Positions 21,097-33,275 of a DNA stretch of 64,000 nt are shown in pieces; position 1 is the first letter of the stretch, and every line of letters begins with the position of its first letter. The translations under genes were made by a program, and so were the position numbers. The stretch covers positions 195,061 through 259,060 of the forward strand of contig ML996695.1 of the NCBI GenBank assembly GCA_010356995.1, in the 5' to 3' direction. This DNA comes from Trichodelitschia bisporula (taxonomy: Eukaryota). The notes beneath the pieces are model-generated. The model saw only the letters and a program-made list of their open reading frames with translations, made no database searches and had not been told where the DNA came from.

Positions 21097-23691
21097 TCAA
21101 ACAACAATGTACTCCCCCTCCGCGCGGCACATAGCCCGCCGCCATCTAAACGCCTGCCCACCGAGCGAACTCAGCATCGGCACCGAAGCACAACTGTCCG
21201 ACACCTTGACAAACTCCCACGCCTCACCAGCATCATCCTCAGCCCATACTCGCTCCAAAACCTCAAGCACGGTAAGGCTATTGAAGAAGGAGCACTCACG
21301 CGCAATCTCCAAGCAGCGCGAGCGAATGATATCCCGATGCGCACCATGCACACACTCCGTCCCAACAACAAGCACCGGCCAAAGCAAAAACTTATTCACA
21401 CAACTCGCCACCGGAATCGCAGCAATATGCCGCAACGCCGCAGTGACAAGCCCCTGAATCACACCCGACGCCGGCGGCGCATGCGGCGCCGCCAACCGCT
21501 CCGTGTACAGCAGCGCAGCATGCCGGAAAGCCTCGCTAATGTGCACCACTGAGGCAGAGTCCCCATCCGCCATGGGCGGCGACATCGGGCCGTAGGGAGG
21601 CGCATCCATAGCCCAGGCCGTGAGCCGCATGCGGATGTGGTGCCACTCAGTCCAGAAGTCCTGGCGGCTGGGCTGTTGGAAACCCAGTCCGACGGCTGGC
21701 GACGGGCCCAGCAACACCGAGCCCCACCCGTTGCTGTCTAGGCTGTAGTAGTCCTTAGCGACAGGGGCGCCGGGGCTGGCGCGGGGCGTGGGGATACGCG
21801 ACGGCGGGAGCATGGCCTCGCTGGCACGGCGGGTGTGCGAGTGGAGATTCAGCCGGCCGAGGCGGGCGATGAGCTTGAAGAGGCGACCGTCGCAGCCGGC
21901 GAGGTGCTCGAGCGCGCCGAGGTTGGCGGACAGGTCGAGCAAATCCAAAGCCTCGCCGCGGACGAGGGTTTCGCGGTCGTTGACCGTGGCGGTCATGACG
22001 TCAAACCAGGTGAAGAACATTTCGATCCATGTGACGAAGGGCGACGTGCCGTTGCGCCGATCGCGCATGGCGAGCAGCTTCTGCACGCCGGCCAGCTGAG
22101 TCTTGAACTTGTTGAAGCCGCTGTCGCAGACATGGAAGAGGCATAAAATGAGCAGCGTGGCGAGGACGGAGTCATCCGCCGCGCTAGCCGGATCCTTGAG
22201 CGAAGCATTGAAGAGTGCCACGGCATTGGTCTTGTAGTGAATCTCTTCTGGTGTAGCCTCGCTATGCATGTCTCGGATACCATCGGCTGTCAGCCGGTCG
22301 AACGGATCCAATCGGTCGAGGCCCTTCATGTTACGCATGCGGATGTTGTTGGTTGCAAGCGCGGCAATCGCGTTTTGCAACGCATTGCTAGACCCGGCTA
22401 GGCGCATGATGTGCATGCGGTAGGGGTTGCTTGGGCCATCGAAGGCGACGAGCACGGGGCAGATTGCCTTGTCATAATAGTCGAGCAGATATTTCATCCG
22501 GGGTGCCATATGGTTGAAGCCGCACGGATCCACCGGTCGCTGGACAGTGTGCGACCACGCAGGCTGCGCGTAGTCTGGAAAATGCTCTGGCATGCCGTTC
22601 AGAAAAAAGTCAGGCTCCAGCCTTGGGGCGTACGTGATCTGGATGGGCTCAGAGGGTGGTGTAGACATGTCCGTGCGGCAGAGAAAGTCGGAAAAGCTGC
22701 TCAACGTCACTGGGGGCGTCGTTGAGTACGTCTCGACGCACGCGGCGCTGCTGAAGTCCGAACCAAGGCTGGACGACAAGTACTCGTGCACCGGCACGGT
22801 TTGCGGAGATGCATTTGCGTAGGCGTACACATCGTACTGCTGGATCGGGTCTTGTTGAAAAGACAAGGAGTCAGAAAATGGATGAAGCATGGGCTCCGCC
22901 ACGGACCCCTCTTCCGGTGTGGGAGGCAGCTCACTGGGCGAAGGAAAGTCGCTCTCACTGAAGGTGCTGACGGAGCCCGTCGACGGTGCAGAAAAGAGCG
23001 ATTCTTCGTAGTTCGTCGGGAGCGTGTGCACCCTCTGTAGCGGCCGCGGCCGCGTCTGAACACGTGCGGGCTTGTCACCCAGTGACCCGTAACCCTCCAT
23101 GTGCTCGTGAAACCCCGTCATAGGCCATCCCGAATGGGGTGGACTCGAGCTCGGCATCGCGATCGGAATCGGAGCCGTGTGGCTGTAAGGCGTGTACTCG
23201 TAACCCGCGTGATGGATCTCGGTCCCGTGTGAGAAACCTGTGTAACCCGTTTCTTCGGTTTTGATTTTGACATCTGGCTCCAGGATTTTCGGCATTGAAA
23301 GTGTCCGCGCCTTTGGGGTCGGCTGGGCATTGGCAGCTGCGTTGTCATCACACGCCCTCCTAGTGGAATTCACAATCGGCAGCGAAAGCCCCCGGAGCTT
23401 CCCTCTGCTGGCCACTCCGACACCCCAGGTGAGTGTCGTTCTGTAGCCCGAGCATTCCTTGCCGATTTCCAAACACTGAGTGCCTACGGAGGTAAGCAAG
23501 AGATTTCCAACAAACTCATAGGACGTACAATAGGGTCGCCTCCGATCGCACCGCAACTGGCGCTTCCGGCATGTGAAGCAATCCTCAGTAGCACCGGTGG
23601 TTGTCGTTCGTCGGCGCCGCTTACGAGGAACAGCGGCCTGATTGTTGTTGGTAGATGCTGCCTCAGCAGCCTGAGCGGTACATGATGACAT
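21097..23691 (-). CDS. Zn(II)2Cys6 transcription factor with fungal-specific TF domain (Acr-2-like); intron 23484-23528
   Basis: 'DCFTCRKRQLRCDRRRPYC|TQCLEIGKECSGYRTTLTWGVGVASRGKLRG' after intron removal; C-terminal domain 'YYDKAICPVLVAFD..NPYR', 'FFTWFDVM', 'LLWPVLVVGTEC'. Confidence 0.9.
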   Translation of the reverse strand: MSSCTAQAAEAASTNNNQAAVPRKRRRRTTTTGATEDCFTCRKRQLRCDRRRPYCTSYEFVGNLLLTSVGTQCLEIGKECSGYRTTLTWGVGVASRGKLRGLSLPIVNSTRRACDDNAAANAQPTPKARTLSMPKILEPDVKIKTEETGYTGFSHGTEIHHAGYEYTPYSHTAPIPIAMPSSSPPHSGWPMTGFHEHMEGYGSLGDKPARVQTRPRPLQRVHTLPTNYEESLFSAPSTGSVSTFSESDFPSPSELPPTPEEGSVAEPMLHPFSDSLSFQQDPIQQYDVYAYANASPQTVPVHEYLSSSLGSDFSSAACVETYSTTPPVTLSSFSDFLCRTDMSTPPSEPIQITYAPRLEPDFFLNGMPEHFPDYAQPAWSHTVQRPVDPCGFNHMAPRMKYLLDYYDKAICPVLVAFDGPSNPYRMHIMRLAGSSNALQNAIAALATNNIRMRNMKGLDRLDPFDRLTADGIRDMHSEATPEEIHYKTNAVALFNASLKDPASAADDSVLATLLILCLFHVCDSGFNKFKTQLAGVQKLLAMRDRRNGTSPFVTWIEMFFTWFDVMTATVNDRETLVRGEALDLLDLSANLGALEHLAGCDGRLFKLIARLGRLNLHSHTRRASEAMLPPSRIPTPRASPGAPVAKDYYSLDSNGWGSVLLGPSPAVGLGFQQPSRQDFWTEWHHIRMRLTAWAMDAPPYGPMSPPMADGDSASVVHISEAFRHAALLYTERLAAPHAPPASGVIQGLVTAALRHIAAIPVASCVNKFLLWPVLVVGTECVHGAHRDIIRSRCLEIARECSFFNSLTVLEVLERVWAEDDAGEAWEFVKVSDSCASVPMLSSLGGQAFRWRRAMCRAEGEYIVV

Positions 23692-25028
23692 ATTGGAATC
23701 AATCGAAGTGGCAAGAACTGACGGGAGCGGCTATGATTGACTCGGGTAGGGCCCGGAGAGTTTATGAACAAGAGACCGGATTTGCGGCGAACGGTACAAC
23801 GAGACCCGGATTTGTGAGCGCGCTTGGGCATATAGACATTGACTTAAGGTGGGCATTTAGATGAATTAATGCAGATTCCCGACGGCCTCTCCGATAAGGC
23901 TCGCGTTTGTTTGCAAGGACATGGTATGATGGACCCCAAGGCGATAGCAAGTGACGCGTGTAGGCTCCGCGCGAGAAATAAATTAAAAGCGAGGACGAGG
24001 TTGGCAAGTGCAAACATGAAGTAGGCCTCAAGCGTGGGAAATGAGACACCAGCAGGAGGCGTGTGGTCCTCCGGGACGACGATCCAAGTTCAAGGTCTGG
24101 GGCCGATAGGGAAAACTGCCACGCACTTGAGGGGAGCGAGGGGTAAAAGGAGTGGAGGCAAGGCTGCCCGGCCTTGGGAGCTTCAAGCCGGCGAGGGTTA
24201 CATCGCCGTCTGTTGTCCTAGGAGGCCGACAGTAGCTAGCGGGTAGGAACACCGGGCGATGGAGAGGGACCCAAGGACGATTATCCCAGCCTGCAGACGA
24301 AGTTCGAGCGCCACGTCCGCATAGCCAATGGAGACATTCCGTGCATGCGGCGATCTTGCGGCCGCTATTTCGGGAGAAAGGGATTCCAACGGTCGCTGGA
24401 CGCTTGTGGGGGTGAGGGGGGTGAGGGGGGCTAGAGGCGCAGGGGGACGTACACTTGCCCTTGATGCCATGGCAAGAGTTGCCGTCGGGCAGCCGGCCAG
24501 CACTCCATGTCCACGCGCCAGGAGTAGAAGGTTAGGGGGCGTATTGAAGAGAGTCTCTTGGACAAGGAATCAAGGATCTGGGGGTGGGTGTCCGGTCCAC
24601 GCCTGTCTATCGTCGTTGGAGCAGCCTGAAGGCCTGAGGATTAATGCCAGGGGACGGATGCATTGGCCTCGGTTCGTTTGGTGAGGGTTATGAGCGAATC
24701 AGCCTTGCGTAATGACAGCCAGGAAGTTCGGGATGGTGGGGGGGGGCGAATAAAAGCGAGAGGAGACGAGGATGGGGGAGGATTGTGGAGGTTGAAAGCT
24801 ATGCCGGAGCTGGCCGAACCCCCGCACAATTCGCACGCCGCACCTCGCACGGCTGCATGGAAGCCCACGCGGAGCGCGGGCGACCTTCTAGCCGCCTCCT
24901 CTCCCGCCGCGCCTCTTCTCTATCCTCTCCACTCACGGCTCCTCTTCACCCCCGCTCCTCGCCGGCTGGCCGTGCTGACAAGCCGACGAGAGGCGTTGTC
25001 GCCGGCGACGGTCCGGCCCTCTGGGAAT

Positions 25029-25061
25029 CTCGCAAGCCGCTCGCAAGCCGCTCGCAAGCCG
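25029..25061. repeat. Tandem repeat (CTCGCAAGCCG)x3
   Basis: Three perfect 11-bp copies, read directly. Confidence 0.85.
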
Positions 25062-28000
25062 TTCAACAAGCCAACCACGCCAAGTTCTCACGCCCGCCGC
25101 GATAAAAGAACTTCCGACGGCCAGCGATTTGAGTACGTAAGGGTGCAGAAAGCCGGTCTGCTTTGCACACGGTGAGCAACCCGCATCGCGAGGCACACCT
25201 CGTGAAGGATGCATCAGATCGCGCAACTCAATGCACAGCGTCCACCATCCGCAGCCATCATCAGTTTGGATGACGAATAGTCGAGTAAACGACTCCTACC
25301 TGTTCCTTGATTTCGCCTCAAGGATATCCCCCCTCCCCCAAATTTTGGCGAGAAAGAAGTCCTGCGGGGAGTGGTGCCGCAAACCCCGCAGCCGAGCCCT
25401 CGCTGGTTGCCCGCCTGGCAGTTGCCCTTTCCTGCAGCAGAGGATCGATACGGCGCACCGCGCCCCCTTCCTGGCCTCCCCCTCGTCCTCTCTCTTGTTG
25501 TTTATCCACGGGGTGATGTTTCGAACCCACAAACCTGGGGCTGTCCAACAGTTAATTAATTTTGTCCAGCCACCGCTGCTCCGTCGCAGCACCTGCTGAT
25601 GCTTTTGTCGCACGCTGCTAGCAGGCAGCGGGGCGCGTGGCCCAAAGGCATACTTCCTCCAACCTCGCCAGGACACGCATGCGATGCCTCGTATCCCGCT
25701 CGGCTTCAGTCCGATTGCGTTCTGTTCCTGGATGGAATTGATGCCTGCACTGCGAATGCTCGTTTCTTTTTTTCCATTTCCCGTGGATATCAGGCCGTGG
25801 CAAGCGTCAGCATTGCGGAAACGACCGCGATACGAGTGGGGATAGCTGCTGCAGACCCCCACGCGGCTTCACCTTTCGAGGCTGACCCCGCCAACTGCCG
25901 CGCTTCGGGACGGCTTTGTCCCGGTAAGCGAAGAGCAAAATTTGCGGCAATGAAGTGGCAGTTTGGGGGTGGCGGATGACGATTACGTGCATTCGGGTGA
26001 CAGTGCAGCCGATATATTCCCGTGGCCAGTTAAAGGGAGAGGGTGCCCGTATTGCACGGGCATATATGCACTACGCATTCACCTTCAGCAGCCTACAGAC
26101 TGCTAACTGCGATGCAGAAACGCTACGCACCTGCGATGAACGTCAAATTCACGCTAGGCACGCCGAGCGCGCACAGATTCGGGCCCGCTTCACGGCTTCC
26201 ATGCTAGGGAGCGTTTCCTGGTCTCAAACGGCTTCCGTCCTACAAGGGATCAAATAGATTAAATGTGTTTATTTCTGGAGGGACATACCCTGCTCTGCGA
26301 CGACAAGCACCACAGCTCTTCCGCCCTGCGGATATGGGTCTCATGATCGCGATATTTTAAGCTTCAAGCGTCCGGAGACCATAGCCTGGACGATGGAAAG
26401 AGAGACATGGAGCTCGCGTGGCTGGAGTCCGATGAGGGAAGGTTGACAGTTGGGCGGTTTCGAGAGCCCGGAGTGTCGGTCTGACACCGGAATAGTTTCG
26501 ATGCGCTAGGCGCCTAACTGGTTGGATGGCCGAAATATGCAGTCACCGGAACAGGCCTATTCAGATAGCGTCGGTTACTTGATGGACCAGCGGCAGGCCT
26601 GCAGAAGACTTGTAGCCGTGAAACCAACGTCGGCTCCATATCGCTGACGATGGGGAACGTCTCCGCCCCATGGCATAAGCGTTTATAGCGCGGAGCCATA
26701 GCGCGGAGCTCGTCAACCAAAGGCTAGATGCTGCTTGTTGACTGCGAATATTTTCCGAGCTTGCTCGCTTGCCTGCATTCGGATAGCGTTGAGCTAGTTC
26801 AGAATCCCACAGATCAGCTTCCCCGCTCTCCACATGATAGCTCAATGAGAAGCCATTCGGCGTGCTACATATCGCGTTATTGCCGGATCGATCGATGGGG
26901 CGGCAAACAGAACCGGTGGACGGCCAGCGTAACCGGGTTACGGGAAGTATTGCTCACCAAGGGCAGCAAACCTGTGCTGCGGGAAAGGATATGAAAGAAT
27001 ATGCCGTCGTGCGGTGGTTGACATGGACAGTTGAGATGAAGTCGAAAACTGTGAAGTCGTGAAGTTGCAAAGTCGTCAAAGCTGAGCCGATGGACTGAGA
27101 CATGCCGGTGACGTATGCTGTCACGTATCAGATCTTTCAGATGCCAGCCTTAAAGCCTTAATGTCTCCTCTGAGGATGCCTCAGCGCCAAGAGATAGTAG
27201 TCACGTTACCACCGACTCCTGTTCTCTGACTCGTGTCAGGTAAGGCCGCTCATTGACTTTCACGACAAACGCTTATTCCGATCCTGAATCCTAATATCAC
27301 ACTCCCCAGCAGAGCGCGCCCACCTGACGTATAGCTCTTGGTTCTCATGCAGCCTTCCATCGTTCAGTCTTAGCTCTACGTTCCTCATATCACACACGGA
27401 GCGTTGCGAGTCCTTTCATTCGTTATCTTTGCTAGCGGCTAGCTCATGTCAAAGTGGCTGATGCTGCGAGTGCTGCGGCCAAAACAACCCACGCTTACAC
27501 TGCGGTCGACTCCTCTGCCTGCCTCATGGTGAAGCATCGATGCCATTTGCTCTGCGTCTCGCTCCTGCGAACTCAGCTGCCTTCCTCCAGCGCCCACCCA
27601 ACACCCACTCGGCCGAGAGAGATGGAACTCCACGATAATGACAGGGAACCGCCCTGTTTACACATGCCTAATGGTTACTGAATCACACTGGACGCATTCG
27701 TGTCTGCAGCCAGTCCCCACAGCCCCTCCTCGTTGGTCTTTCTCCTCGAAACGCCCGACACTAATGTATATACTAAGGTATGATATATCACGGCGCCTCC
27801 CCGCATGAAGCGCGCGGCAGTTGGTAACTTCGTCCAACCAGGTACTGGCTTAGCCGAACTGCGTGAGCATTGACTTGATTGGTACAAGCGAGTTCCGCCG
27901 GGTGGTCGCCTGTGTCGTCTAGTCCCTGGGAGCTATCCAACGTCCGGTTATGTGGTTCGCTTTGTTTAGACGCAAGCAGCTCCAACTCTTACGCCGACGG

Positions 28001-28834
28001 ATTCCCATGCATCGTAATCGCGGCTGTGGCTGACTTCTTAACGGCACTAAATTCACCCGATGCTAATTTCGCCACCATAGGATCAAACAGGCAGCAGAGT
28101 GGGCGATTGCTTCACTGCGGTGTCCTGCATTCGTTGGCTTTTCAAACCGCTTGCGCATGATGCCACTCCGAAACGCTGCTTGAAGGAGTCCGGTGAGAGG
28201 CGGATTTTAACGCAGGAGAGCGGATATAATAGCCGCTTTTGAGTCTATTCACTCACCTCCGGGCCTCGACCGTCTTCCCGAGCCGTCTCTGGCCCACTTC
28301 CCGTGCTGTCAACGGCCAATGAAAATTTCACAATTACTTTGTGTGGTTACAATGTGGCCTCGGAATAGTCCTCGCGGTGACACCCTTTCTCTGATATCTG
28401 TCTCTCCTGTGGCTTTTTGCCGATTTTGTCTGCACACGCCACCCAGCCAACGGATTTCTACCTAACAAGGCCAAGGGAAGACGATTTGATAAACCCAGCC
28501 AACCTACGCCCACCATTGATGCCACTGGAGCTTCATGATAGCCAAGTGGGGCTGGAAGGATCAGGAAGAGGTCTATCATCATCGTCGCCAGTGGGCTGTG
28601 AATCAGCTGAACCTGCACATGCGGAGACCCAGAGGATCGAGGAATGGGATTCCATCACACCTTTTGCAAACAGTGCTGCTTTGTCGGCCTACTGAGTGGC
28701 AAGGCCACCTATAAAATGCGGGCGAGAGTCCCCCAAGTTGCTTCCATCAGCTCGGCGCCAACTCTCAGAAGCATACAGATCTTCTTCCTCTTTCTCAATC
28801 AGATATTTCAACCTCCACCTTAACAACTGTAATC

Positions 28835-29150
28835 ATGAGCACACCAGGGACCGGTGGCGGGTACATGAGATACCGTTGCTGCTATTGGGACGACGAATCA
28901 TGTGAAGGTTGGGTTTACCAGAATGGGGACGCATGTGGTCGCTGTTTGGTTGGTGGTCTTGGCTTTGGGGGAGCTTTAAGCATGAATTAACATCTCGCAG
29001 GAGAAAGGACTGCCGGCAAAGCGAGGCGGCGGTAGCGTGCCCTATCCCTCTGATTCCGATGAGTTCGACGTCCGCATTGCTGGAAGTGGCGTTGATGGTG
29101 TTGATGGGGTTGCCCCAGTTCACCACTACTGCTACTACCACCATGCTTAA
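28835..29150 (+). CDS. Small Cys-rich hypothetical protein (87 aa; zinc-ribbon-like); exons 28835-28948, 29001-29150
   Basis: TATAAAA at 28710, CT-rich leader and AATC-ATG context. Exon 1 = MSTPGTGGGYMRYRCCYWDDESCEGWVYQNGDACGRCL; intron GTTGGT..TTAAC..CAG; exon 2 begins EKG and ends TAA. Confidence 0.7.
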
Positions 29151-32100
29151 CTGCTGTCTTTCGCCATAGTGGTGCATTCAGGAGCGCCAAACGTTCCCCG
29201 CATTCAAGGGCTAGGCAGTCTGGGGGCGTCTTCCTATTGTGCGAGCGCTACAGGGGGATGGATTTGGCTCGGGAGGTTTACTTTTGCTACTCAGCTTAAA
29301 GTGTGAAGGGTTGGAGATTGTTCGTGAAGCTAGCAAATCAGCACCTTTCAAACCCGTGGCAGAGCCTCTTCTTCAGCCAACAGACTTCGTGTGACGTCTG
29401 TGCTGCCGTGGCCCCCACATGCGGAAACAATAGTGAATGGATGCAAGCTCTCCAATAGCGGACGTCAGGAGAAACATGTTGACCGACCTTCCCGGGGGAA
29501 AGTTTGACACCAAGCGTATAGAAGCCGGTCCCCGGGGGAGGGGAGGGGAGGGGGAAGATGATGTACTATCATGGCTGCAGATGCAAAATAAAAAGACCAA
29601 TGTGGTATCAGCAGTGATGTGGTTAGTCGCAGGATCATGGCTGAGCCCCTGGAAGGGCAACACCAACATCACGCGCGCGCGCTTTACGCGGAACACATCG
29701 GCGAGTGATAATAATCCGCGCGGCACGGGCGGGGAGGAAGGAAGGTAGAGCAGATGTCGCATCGAACCCGCAGGGCTGACTTCGAGAACGATCTCTGCGG
29801 AAGGCCCGATGATTTTGAACCCTGCGCAACATGGCGGCATAGTCCGGAGCTACATCACTCGATTGCTTGCATTTGCTTGGATTACTCTTCCTCTTTCAGC
29901 TTCCACAGGCTCTTTTTTTCGGCTCTGCAAGATCGGCTAACATGGCCTGGAAGCGGGCCTTGCTGCATGGTAGTGTCCACAATGAGCGACTCACAGCGAG
30001 GCTTGAATGCTCTAGGATGGTTCTCCGCTCCGTATCGTGGCCCTAATGGCCGCATTGGCTGGGTCGCCAACCGGTACGTACACCCGCCATCAGCATTCAA
30101 CGCCCCAACGGCATTCATCCCTAGTACGGCTTGTGATGGTATATCGCCCGGTAACGGTCGCATCTCTTTGCAGGCGGGGGTTGCGTCAACAATGCTTCTC
30201 AACTGATGGAGGGGTGACAGGGCGGATTCCCTTCCAATGAGCCTATAGCGCCATGCCCAGGACTACCTCGACAACGAGATAGCAAGTCTCCTCGTCAGCG
30301 AGATGCTCGCCAGTCTTGCACACTCTCCCTTGCACGCGACCGTTGCTGCCAGAATCAGCAGGCTCCTTCGCTTGGTGTGTTTCGCTTCCGTGGTGGGTTG
30401 TTTGAGACTCTTCAACGGACCGCGAAGCCGGGCACTAATATACTTCGCTGATGGCGATGTGTGGCACGCAATAACAGACGCATTATTACAAAGGTATTTG
30501 AGTGGGCGTGACGAACCACGCACATCCCGATATTAGGGTGGTCCGCACATCGTCCGAGCGCTACGGAAGCTCCCTGAACAAAACCCCACGTCCCGAGGTC
30601 CAAGCGATGCCTGGCTATATGATCCGCAATAATTTCAGGCTCTAGACGTGAAACACAGTCGACATCAATACGTCATGGACTCACTAGCTGTATCTGTAGT
30701 CACCACCCTCTCGTCACCGGCTTACTATTCTTGGTACTTATCCGGTGACGGGTACCTGCCCACATACCACGCATATGTCCCAGATAAGTAAGGTCAGTAA
30801 GCCCGAACCCCACGATCTCCTCATCTGCCGTAACCCTTGTCTTTGCTCTCCACCACCCCACCTACCACCCCATCCCTGGTCCACCCGGCTTGTCGACGCG
30901 GTGCGCGGCATCGCGGACCGCTGCACAAGCTCCCCCACCTCCTGAAACCGTCCGGACGGCCCCCGTCGATGCTCAACCCGGCGTTCGATGGTACAGTGTT
31001 AGCGGATCTGCTATCGTACCTGGATCTCAGTCGAGGCCCGTAGACACCAAAGATAGAATCCACCTCCAGCTCCCTTATCACTCCAGGCCGCGAGTGCGCG
31101 GACGAGACTTGCGCTAAACACCTCGAACAACAACCCCCGCAACCGCGCGATAAGAGCTTCGCGTGGAATGCAAGCACCATCGGGAAGCACTATATTTGAG
31201 TCCACCCGGGGTTCGCGACCAGCCGGGATCTGCGGGTTGCCGGCACCAATGTACAGATTCCCAACGTGCGCTCACTAAGCTTCTTCGAGTCTGTGCTCTG
31301 GCAGCAGGGACATTTCGCGGTCCACGTGGAGCTGATATGGAAACAAACGCTCAAGTTGCCGGTGGACGCAAACATCCCCTGTCCGTGTCTTCCCGCGGAC
31401 GTCAGCAAAGAATATACGCATATCGGCTCGAACGGTTCGCAGAGCCTATAGCGTTAGCATTTTAACGACCGACATCGCAGCCGTTTGCCGCAATACCCGG
31501 ACGGTGAGCCCCTCGCGATGCATCCTTATCCCATTAATTAATATCAAGCGCACAACCCTCTCTTACACCTGGGGCTTCGCGAGTGTACGTGGACGACGTT
31601 GGAAGACGCGAGACTGCCGCTGTAGGAACCCGAAGCCTGCATTTCAAGGCAACTACGGTTCTCTCAATGCTAGTTTGCTGGCATTGCGTCGGTTTTTGTT
31701 GATAACATTAATGCTCTGAGTAAGACGTCGTGGTACAAGGGAACTGCTTGCTAACCACGTCAGCCTTTCAGCCTTGCAACTGGCAACTCGCTTTCGCTCA
31801 CCGCTTGCCTGAACATCACGCCGAAGACAGAGGGCAACGTGCTCGTCGCAAAGGTCTCTGGCGGCCGGTTTTTCCTGCATGCGAATCCGCCTACAGTTGG
31901 CAAGAAACAGCCTGATCAGTGCTTCCTTCCAGAATACCCCGAACGCATATCACGTGATACTCGCCTTCCTCCTACCCAACGACATCATGACAGCTGCCAT
32001 CCAACCCACCCCATCCCCAGAGCACCATCCCCTATAGCCCGTTTCACCCCTCACTTCACCCACTCCCATCCACCAACCCATCTCCCCGCAGCAAATGCAA

Positions 32101-33275
32101 TGGCCCACCAGCGCACATCCCTCCCTGCAAAGCACATCCGCGCAGCAAGCCTCGCACGCGGTTGGTCAACCTCTCAAACACGCATCACCTCTCGCCTCCC
32201 CTCACTCCAACTCGCCCATTTGTCATCCACCCCGCAGGTCATCCACCCGCAGCCGCTCCAACCAACCGCGCTCCCACCATGCGCCCGGCAAGTGCCGACA
32301 CCTGCACGCTGCACGGCGTGCGTATGCCGCGCGTCGGCCGATCGGCGCATGTCGCGGTTGGCCGCGGGCACAGCTAGGCTACTCGTGTGGCTGCGGCACG
32401 CGCGGGAAAAGACAAAGTGGAGGAGAAGTCGAAGTAACGCCCGCCCGATCCGTCGCTGATGGTCGCAGGGCAGCACGCAGACGCACTCAGGCTGCGGCGT
32501 GGGCGGGGAGGTCGTAGTAGTGCCCGGCCGTTGGGTCACTGACGTCGCACGGCGTCGAGCAGACATACGGCAGACGCATCCCGTCCTGGCGTGTGCGATC
32601 CGAGTGGAGCGAGTCTCCGCCCCCAACTCTGCTATGCGAGGATAGTGCGAGATAGGATGGAGAGCGTGTGGTTGTAAAGCCGCATTGCTTGCCTTGATTT
32701 AACATTTCGCGGGGGGAGAGAATTCTATTCGTTCCCCAGGGCAACATCCAACGCGTCCAACACGATACAAGCATTGGGTGATGTGGCGCAAGGCTGCGCC
32801 TCTATCAAAAAAAGTACACTGCTGCGCGAATGCTGCTCGAAAATCTCGTAAGATCACTATCTCAACTCCGCATTGGTGCAATGCACATTTAATTATATGC
32901 AGATGGGATGGCTCAGTAATCATGTCTTGCATGGTAAACACCTTTCGCGCGTCCCATGTCCCGCCGGTATAGTGTTCCATGCTTATCTCAATCTCTGGGC
33001 ACGGCCGTTCAGCCTTGGCCAGCCTTGCGATCCTGCCTGTACGCCGCGGCGTCTGCTCTTGCTGCTCCTCCGCATAGCCAACTGTGACGTCAACCCGTAA
33101 GCTCTCATCGCCGCGCTTCACCGGACACTCCCGCTCCTCACCCCTCGCGACCCATTCCCACAATTCAGCAGCACTCCTTGAACGCTATCATCATCCTCCT
33201 TCTCAACATCACTTCTTCCTCCACTTCTTCCCACCCCTCCAAATCTCCCTATCCCCCACGATCCATCTCCCCACC

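Noticed and set aside
17264..23691. MpaB-like oxygenase plus Zn2Cys6 factor as a possible secondary-metabolite (mycophenolate-like) cluster
   Set aside because: No PKS, NRPS, terpene synthase or prenyltransferase in the window; neighbours are housekeeping genes (RRG9).
30740..31460. Short protein-like fragments in several frames (possible decayed gene)
   Set aside because: No recognisable motif and no consistent splice model; indistinguishable from chance by eye.
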